Shown here: positions 24,753-30,532 of the stretch, in pieces
How positions within the stretch are numbered: the stretch's first letter is position 1
How the letters are laid out: every line of letters starts with the position of its first letter
From: Phycisphaerales bacterium
GTDB lineage: Bacteria > Planctomycetota > Phycisphaerae > Phycisphaerales > SM1A02
Direction: 5' to 3'
Assembly: GCA_020427625.1 (NCBI GenBank)
Contig: JAGQOI010000515.1
Coordinates: 1-30,532 of the forward strand
Length of the DNA stretch: 30,532 bases
Notes under the pieces: generated by a model
Seen by the model: the letters and a program-made list of their open reading frames with translations, nothing else
What the model was told of the DNA's origin: nothing
Database searches by the model: none
Made by a program: the position numbers and the translations under genes

Positions 24753-25663
24753 GGCGCGACTCCGGTGACGAGGAACGCCGACGCCATGACGTGCCCGCGC
24801 CAGTCGCGCGGATCCTCCATCGCGAGACTCAGTTCGCGGAAGTACGCCGGGGCGCGGGATTCGAACATCGGCGGCAGCGCGTGATAGTGATAGAACAGGA
24901 CCTCGACGTCGCGCAGTCCCCGCGCGCGACACGCCGCCGCGAGTTCGAACGGGTTGTGCGTGCGCGAGAGGATGTCGTCGTATCCCGCGCCGGCGTCGTC
25001 GCCGCGACGTCGCGGCGGAAGGTCGTCGCGCACGAGGGATGCGAGATCCGACTCGACGTCGTCCAGCATCGCCCGCGTCGTCGCGTCGGCCGCGGCCCGT
25101 CGCGCATCGAGGCGCAGCAGTGCATCGGTGACGAACGCCCGCGTGTAGCGGTTGAACGTGAAGAGCGCGAACAGGGCGTTGCGCGCCTCGACGATGAGCC
25201 GCCCGCCGGACGAGACGCTCGCGCACAGATGGTCGAGCACCGTGTCGTCACGATCCGCCGGGATGTGCGGCAGGACGCCGATGCACAGCGTCGCGTCGAA
25301 CGTCGGCGGCGCGGACGGGTCGGGACATCGGAAGGCCGCGGCATCCACGACGTTGCCGCACCAGACGTGCGAGTCCGGCACGTTCTGCGGGGCGAGCACT
25401 CGTCGCGCCTCGTCGACCATCGCCGGCGTGAGATCGAATCCGAAGCGGTCGCCGGCGAGATCATCGAGCGCCCGCAGCACGGTCGCCGGTCCGCATCCCG
25501 CGTCGAGCAGGGTCGCGGGGCGCGAGGCGCGCAGCAGATCGCGAATGAGGTCGACGTGCACCGGCGGATACGGCGCGGCATCGCCGTAGTACTCGTCGTG
25601 ATACCGCCCACTCCATCCCTCGTAGCACGCCTGCACGGCGCGATACAGCGCATCGGTCGTCAT
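24749..25663 (-). CDS. Class I SAM-dependent methyltransferase
   Basis: ATG at 25663 (ATGA overlap). 'LLDAGCGPA', 'GFDLTPAMV', 'FDATLCIGVLPH', 'GGRL'. Confidence 0.88.
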   Translation of the reverse strand: MTTDALYRAVQACYEGWSGRYHDEYYGDAAPYPPVHVDLIRDLLRASRPATLLDAGCGPATVLRALDDLAGDRFGFDLTPAMVDEARRVLAPQNVPDSHVWCGNVVDAAAFRCPDPSAPPTFDATLCIGVLPHIPADRDDTVLDHLCASVSSGGRLIVEARNALFALFTFNRYTRAFVTDALLRLDARRAAADATTRAMLDDVESDLASLVRDDLPPRRRGDDAGAGYDDILSRTHNPFELAAACRARGLRDVEVLFYHYHALPPMFESRAPAYFRELSLAMEDPRDWRGHVMASAFLVTGVAP

Positions 25664-26700
25664 GACGCCGCCCTCCGCCGCGCCACGAGCCACATGTGGG
25701 AGGACAGCCCGTGGCTCGCGAGGAACTGCTGGAACGGCCACCCGAGTCGGTCGTACTCGTCGACGAGCACGCGCCGGAGGAAGGGATCGGAGACGTCGGT
25801 CTCGCCTCGCGCGATCGCGTCGTGCACGAACTCCACGTCGAGTCGACCGGGCGTCGTGAGCGACACGACCTCGAAGCCGCACGATTCGACGAGCCGGGAC
25901 AGGCTCCGGGGATTGAACAGGTTGACGTGCTCGGGATCGACCGCCAGCGATGCCGCGCCGAGCATCGCGATGTCGAACCCGAGACCGTTCGGACAACTCA
26001 GGACGAGCAGCCCGCCCGGCTGAAGCATCGCGGCGCACGCGTCGACCATGCGGTGCGGCTCGAACAGGTGCTCGATGACCTCGAACGACACGATGACGTC
26101 CGCCCGCGCGCCGGCCGGGACGTCCTCGATGCGGTGCAGGATGACGTTCAGTCCTCGCGCGGCACAGTGGGCCGCGAGTTCCGGCGTCGGCTCCACGACC
26201 GTCACGTCCTCGAATCGTCCCGACCCAGCCGCGAGCGCGGCAAACGTGCCGAATCCGGCGCCGACCTCGAGCAGACGCGGGCGCCGGAGTCCGGCGCAGG
26301 CCGCGATGACGCGTTCGAGCCATGGCCGATGGACCTTCTCCCGCCGGGCGTCCTCGGAGGCCGGGAAGATGTGGGTGGCCCAGTACCGGTAGTTCTCCGA
26401 CGACGCGTAGTAGTCGGCCATGACGGCTTCGGACGGTCGCGGCGACATGTAGATCGTCGCGCAGGCCGCGCATCGGCCGTAGGCGAACGTGTGCTTCGAG
26501 AAGATCGGCGCGGCGTCATCGGCGCCGCAGGCGGGACACGCGACGTCGACGAACTCGGCGCGTCGCGCCTGGAGTCGGAGGATGTCGCGATGGAACGCCG
26601 CCTCCTGCCCGGCGAGCAGCGCGTCGGGACACAGTTCCTGTTCGGACAGGGGTTCGCCGAGGGTGTCGAGCGTCGTCGTCACGAGTGCGGGCTCCATCAT
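25660..26700 (-). CDS. Class I SAM-dependent methyltransferase with N-terminal Zn ribbon
   Basis: 'CPACG...CAAC' followed by 'LLEVGAGFG', 'DVIVSFEVIEHL', 'LQPGGLL', 'HVNLF'. Confidence 0.88.
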   Translation of the reverse strand: MMEPALVTTTLDTLGEPLSEQELCPDALLAGQEAAFHRDILRLQARRAEFVDVACPACGADDAAPIFSKHTFAYGRCAACATIYMSPRPSEAVMADYYASSENYRYWATHIFPASEDARREKVHRPWLERVIAACAGLRRPRLLEVGAGFGTFAALAAGSGRFEDVTVVEPTPELAAHCAARGLNVILHRIEDVPAGARADVIVSFEVIEHLFEPHRMVDACAAMLQPGGLLVLSCPNGLGFDIAMLGAASLAVDPEHVNLFNPRSLSRLVESCGFEVVSLTTPGRLDVEFVHDAIARGETDVSDPFLRRVLVDEYDRLGWPFQQFLASHGLSSHMWLVARRRAAS

Positions 26701-28775
26701 GCGGTGACGAACGTCGGCGGCGCCGGCGTGTCGTCGCGTTGGTCGGCGGCGTCATTCCAGGGTTCGTCCCTGATCCATGTGCCGCGCTCGCGCCGCCAGA
26801 CGCGCGGATCGCGGAACGTATCGGCGACGGCGTCGAACTCGGCTTCGGTCATGCCGACGTAGTCGAGCCATCGCGCGAGGTCGCGTGGCTTGACGTGGTC
26901 GTAGCGTCGCACGAGGGCGAGACCTTCGGCGCGGGTCATGCGTCCGGCGCGGATGTCCTTGCAGACGTGATCGGTGCAGCGTCCGTAGCCGAACTTGATG
27001 TACTTGAGGTAGTCGTGGACGCCGTTCTCGTGCATGTCATCGAGGTTGGACATGCGTCGGTAGGTGCGGTCGAACGGCTCGTCGCTCGGCTCCCACCCGT
27101 ACTCGTCGATCATGAGTTGCGTGTGCTCGTTCGCCTCCCAGTAGACGTAGTTGCCGAGGTAGATGCCGCGCACGTCGAGCGCAAGCAGTTCCGCATCGGA
27201 CGGGTACTGGTAGGACACGAGGTCGCGTGCCGCGAGACCGTCGAGCCCGACGAAGTAGTTCCATTCGTACCCGCGGGCGAAGTGTTCGAGACGATCGCGG
27301 TAGCTCATCTCCGGGAAGTCGTCCATCGAGAACTGGCCGCAGAGGTCGAGATAGCCGTGCTCGCCCCAGATGACGAGCGGCGTGCGGGTCTGCACCGCGG
27401 CCCGGACGGGCACGGTCGTGATGCCGACGTGGGCGTGCCAGTTCATGTCGCCCATGATCTCGAACGCGAGTCGGTTCAACGTCTTGAGGACTCGGACGCT
27501 CGGCGAGAAGAACTGGTGATCGACGTCGAACACCTCCTTCATGCGGTGCACGTTGCGCCAGCCGGCCTCGGTGTAGTTGTTGCCGTTGTACGTGACGAGC
27601 AGCGGGCGCAGGCCGAACTCGCGGGTGATGACGTGCGTCTGGAAGTAGCTGTCCTTGCCGCCGCTGACGGGAATGATGCAGTCGTACCCGCTCCCGTCGC
27701 GATTGCGGTACCGGTCGAGGACGTCGCGCAACGCCTCGCGACGGCGCGACCACGCCTCGGGGGGAATCGTCGCCTTCACGTCCGCCATGTGACAGCCCAT
27801 GCAGACGCCGTCGTCCGCGAACTCCATCGGCGCGGCCGAGATGAACGGATACACGCAGCGCGAACACCACCGCATCGGCGCCGCGGGCGCGTCGTGTCGC
27901 GACCGTCGCGGCCGGTGCCGCCGGCGCGCCGGATCGGCGTCGTAGACGGGTTCGCGCGGGCACCAGCGACTGCCGAGACGGACCGGGCGCATCGGCAGCC
28001 CGGCATCGAGGCAGCACTGCTTCGCGTGCGGGTAGCTGAGTTCGCGGAAGTGGAAGATGTTGCCCGCGGCGACCGCGTCGACGCCGCCCGCGACCAGCCC
28101 GTCGACGAAGTGCGTCGACTCGCCCGCGCCGCCGCAGCCGATGACCGGGACGGTGACGGCGTCGGCGATCGCCCGCAGCAGCGGCAGGTCGTAGCCGCGC
28201 CCGGACCCGTCGCGATCGACCGAGTTCACGAACAGTTCGCCCGCTCCGCACCGTTCCATGGTCCGCGCCCACCTGACGGGATCGAGACCCGTCGGCAGCG
28301 CGCCGCCGCCGGCGAGCACCTCGGTCCGGCCGTCCTCGTGTCGGATGACGTCGAGGTTGACGACGATGCACTGGGCGCCGAACCGCTGGGCGACGTCGGT
28401 GACGAACGTCGGCCGCTCCAGCGCGGCCGTGTTCAGCATGCACTTGTCCGCCCCGGCGGCGAGTCGGTCGGCGATGTCGTCGACGGTCCGGATCCCGCCG
28501 CCGACGGTGAGGGGCATGAAGCAGACGTCGGAGACGGCGCGGATGATCTCCACCATGGTGTCGCCGATGTCGCGGATGTGCAGGTCGTCGCGCCGGAGGT
28601 CGTGTCGATCCTCGCCGCCGATGTCGATGACGACGAGTTCGTCGACGTTCCAGTTCGACAGGCGCATGATCGAGCTGATGGGGTTGCCGATGACCTGGTG
28701 GACGCGATGGCGCTGGCTGCGCACGATGAGTCCGTTCTTGATGAACAGGCATGGGATGAGGCGCGGGCGGATCAC
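26697..28775 (-). CDS. HisF-like (WbuZ) TIM barrel fused to WbuX/PseA-like N-acetyl sugar amidotransferase
   Basis: GTG at 28775 (GTGA overlap). HisF motifs 'RLIPCL', 'DELVVIDI', 'PLTVGGGIR', 'GAGE...VDRDG.G.GYDL', 'GCGGAG'. Then in frame: 'CSRC...CMGC', 'YDCIIPVSGGKDS', 'ENGVHDYLKYIKFGYGR'. Confidence 0.88.
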   Translation of the reverse strand: MIRPRLIPCLFIKNGLIVRSQRHRVHQVIGNPISSIMRLSNWNVDELVVIDIGGEDRHDLRRDDLHIRDIGDTMVEIIRAVSDVCFMPLTVGGGIRTVDDIADRLAAGADKCMLNTAALERPTFVTDVAQRFGAQCIVVNLDVIRHEDGRTEVLAGGGALPTGLDPVRWARTMERCGAGELFVNSVDRDGSGRGYDLPLLRAIADAVTVPVIGCGGAGESTHFVDGLVAGGVDAVAAGNIFHFRELSYPHAKQCCLDAGLPMRPVRLGSRWCPREPVYDADPARRRHRPRRSRHDAPAAPMRWCSRCVYPFISAAPMEFADDGVCMGCHMADVKATIPPEAWSRRREALRDVLDRYRNRDGSGYDCIIPVSGGKDSYFQTHVITREFGLRPLLVTYNGNNYTEAGWRNVHRMKEVFDVDHQFFSPSVRVLKTLNRLAFEIMGDMNWHAHVGITTVPVRAAVQTRTPLVIWGEHGYLDLCGQFSMDDFPEMSYRDRLEHFARGYEWNYFVGLDGLAARDLVSYQYPSDAELLALDVRGIYLGNYVYWEANEHTQLMIDEYGWEPSDEPFDRTYRRMSNLDDMHENGVHDYLKYIKFGYGRCTDHVCKDIRAGRMTRAEGLALVRRYDHVKPRDLARWLDYVGMTEAEFDAVADTFRDPRVWRRERGTWIRDEPWNDAADQRDDTPAPPTFVTA

Positions 28776-29389
28776 GCCATCACCTCCGGAACCGGTGTCC
28801 CGACGAGACCTTCGAGCAGGTCGAGTCCGGCGTCCTGGCTCTTCTCGGGATGGAACTGGACGCCGCACACCGAGCCGCGCCGGACCGCCGCGACGACCGG
28901 GCCGCCGTAGTCGATCGTCCCGATGACGTCGGCGTCCGCCGCGTCGTCGATCGCGTAGCCGTGGGCGAAGTAGAAGCATTCATCCCGCGCCCCGCGCGGC
29001 GGCGTCGACCAGCGGACGTCGCACCAGCCGATGTTGGGGACGGGCAGCGCGGGATCATCCGGGCGAAGGCGCCGGGCGACGCCGGGAATGAGTCCGAGTC
29101 CTTCGTGCACGCCGAACTCCTCGCTGCCCTCGCAGAGGAACTGCATGCCGAGACAGATGCCGAGGATGGGCGTCCCCCGCGCCGCCGCGGCACGAAGCGG
29201 TGCGACGAGCCCGAGTTCGCGCATGCGGGCCATGCCGTCGCCGAACGCGCCGACGCCGGGCAGGACGATCATCGTCGCGCGCTCGACCGCCTCCGGCGAC
29301 ACCGTCCGCTCGACCGACGCGCCGACGAACTCGATCGCCCGTTCCACCGAACGGCGATTGCTCATGCCGAGGTCGAGCAGGGTGATCAT
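28772..29389 (-). CDS. HisH-like (WbuY) class I glutamine amidotransferase subunit
   Basis: ATG at 29389. 'LPGVGAFG', 'LGICLGMQ' (catalytic Cys), 'QFHPEKS' (His/Glu triad). Context points to glycan amidation rather than histidine synthesis. Confidence 0.9.
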   Translation of the reverse strand: MITLLDLGMSNRRSVERAIEFVGASVERTVSPEAVERATMIVLPGVGAFGDGMARMRELGLVAPLRAAAARGTPILGICLGMQFLCEGSEEFGVHEGLGLIPGVARRLRPDDPALPVPNIGWCDVRWSTPPRGARDECFYFAHGYAIDDAADADVIGTIDYGGPVVAAVRRGSVCGVQFHPEKSQDAGLDLLEGLVGTPVPEVMA

Positions 29390-30532
29390 GGGCGCACCTC
29401 TTCGTCCATGGTCGAGCGCGGCACGCGTTCGATCGGCGCAAACGCCATCCGCAGCAGTCCGCGCTGCACGAATCGGTCCAGGTAGTCGTACACCGCGCGG
29501 AACGGCAGCCCGTGCCGGACGGCGACGTCGAGCACGGTCGATCGACCGTCGAAGGCCCGCAGGAGCGAGTCCAGCATGCGCCCCCACCGCTCGGCGACGT
29601 CGTCGATGTCCTTCGCGATCGCCGGGTCCGGACGTTCGAAGTAGAGGTCGACGTCGGGGTTCGACAGGCACGGCAGGCCGTTGAAGCATCGGTGCAGCGT
29701 CGCGTTGCGTTCGAGGATGTCGATCACGTCGGCGAGCGTGTCGAACATGCCGGCGAGCCCGTCGGGATCGAGCGCGTCGGCGGTGTCGCCGTCGCTGTGG
29801 TACGTCGCGAAGGGTGCGTACGTGTCGAGACAGCGGCTCAGTTCGACGAACGGCACCTCGATGCCCGGCGCCTCCCAGACCGTCTCGTCGTTGCCGGCGC
29901 CGGACCGCCAGGGGACGTCGACCGCGTCGGGCTCGCGCATGCGCGCGGCATGGCGCACGGCGACATCGATCGGCTGTCCGCCGAGGAACGTCGATGCCGC
30001 CTTGAGCGGCGCGCCGGGCGTGCCCGGCATCTCGACGAACAATCCGGACACGAGCCGGTCGAGTTCGGCGTCGTCGAGCGTCGACAGATGGAACACCGTG
30101 CCGAGATGCTCCGGCGCGAACACCGCGCGATACGTGTAGTGCGTGCGGCGTCCGGCGAGCGACTGGAGCAGACGGACCAGGATCGCGACGCCCGCCATGT
30201 CGTCGTTCGCCTGCCCGGGATGACACGTGTGGGCGTTGAGCACGATGACGCGATCGGTCGTCCCGCGATGCTCGGCGATGCCGACGAGCATGTCGGCCGC
30301 GTCCTCTTCGACGTCGAGCTCGACGTCGTACGTGCCGGGACCGAAGCGTTCGCTGACGAGACGATGCGGCACGCAGAACGCCCAGTCGGCGTCCCACGGT
30401 CGATACTGCCAGGCGCAGTGATAGATGACGGCGTGGGGTCGGTCCGCATCCCTCACGAGATGCGGGCGGAGATCGTCCCACGCGAGACGCGCACGCTTGC
30501 CCCGCGATTGCGCGGCGACGCCGAGGGGATGC
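29386..30532 (-). CDS. DUF4910 family aminopeptidase-like protein (5'-truncated by window edge)
   Basis: Frame stays open to the right edge (HPLGVAAQS...WDDLRPHL). 'WAFC', 'AHTCHPGQANDDMAG', 'YTYRAVFAPE', 'GNDE', 'YHSDGD', C-terminal wHTH-like segment. Confidence 0.8.
   Translation of the reverse strand, partial: HPLGVAAQSRGKRARLAWDDLRPHLVRDADRPHAVIYHCAWQYRPWDADWAFCVPHRLVSERFGPGTYDVELDVEEDAADMLVGIAEHRGTTDRVIVLNAHTCHPGQANDDMAGVAILVRLLQSLAGRRTHYTYRAVFAPEHLGTVFHLSTLDDAELDRLVSGLFVEMPGTPGAPLKAASTFLGGQPIDVAVRHAARMREPDAVDVPWRSGAGNDETVWEAPGIEVPFVELSRCLDTYAPFATYHSDGDTADALDPDGLAGMFDTLADVIDILERNATLHRCFNGLPCLSNPDVDLYFERPDPAIAKDIDDVAERWGRMLDSLLRAFDGRSTVLDVAVRHGLPFRAVYDYLDRFVQRGLLRMAFAPIERVPRSTMDEEVRP

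Noticed and set aside
26697-29389. Histidine biosynthesis hisH/hisF
   Set aside because: The HisF catalytic Asp is lost, the domain is fused to WbuX, and no other his genes are present.

Overview
GC-rich bacterial window, probably Planctomycetota/Phycisphaerae. That assignment is inferred from a secreted protein with a C-terminal dockerin-like EF-hand pair, a small membrane protein ending in CxxCGYxL...CPECG, and a UDPGP-family pyrophosphorylase. The left two-thirds (1-19.2 kb) is mostly housekeeping: lpxD (5'-partial), gcvT, a BshB1/PIG-L deacetylase, two GNATs, truA, a UDPGP-family enzyme, phoU, pdxJ, a Nudix hydrolase, dut, a CapD-like dehydratase, DUF368 and galE. Three items there stand out: an archaeal-type adenylate-kinase-like domain fused to a nucleoside 2-deoxyribosyltransferase-like domain; a 245-bp intergenic element built from palindrome / perfect DnaA box / palindrome units; and an ANKH/MATE-like transporter. 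The right third (19.3-30.5 kb) is a glycan-tailoring locus. A Maf/CgeB-like glycosyltransferase converges on a translationally coupled minus-strand operon that enters from the right edge: DUF4910, HisH-like glutaminase, an in-frame HisF(WbuZ)-WbuX amidotransferase fusion, four tandem SAM methyltransferases, and an AsnB-like amide synthetase with an eroded glutaminase domain. No rRNA, tRNA, CRISPR array or transposase was recognised. All family calls are by eye from motifs; no database searches were run.
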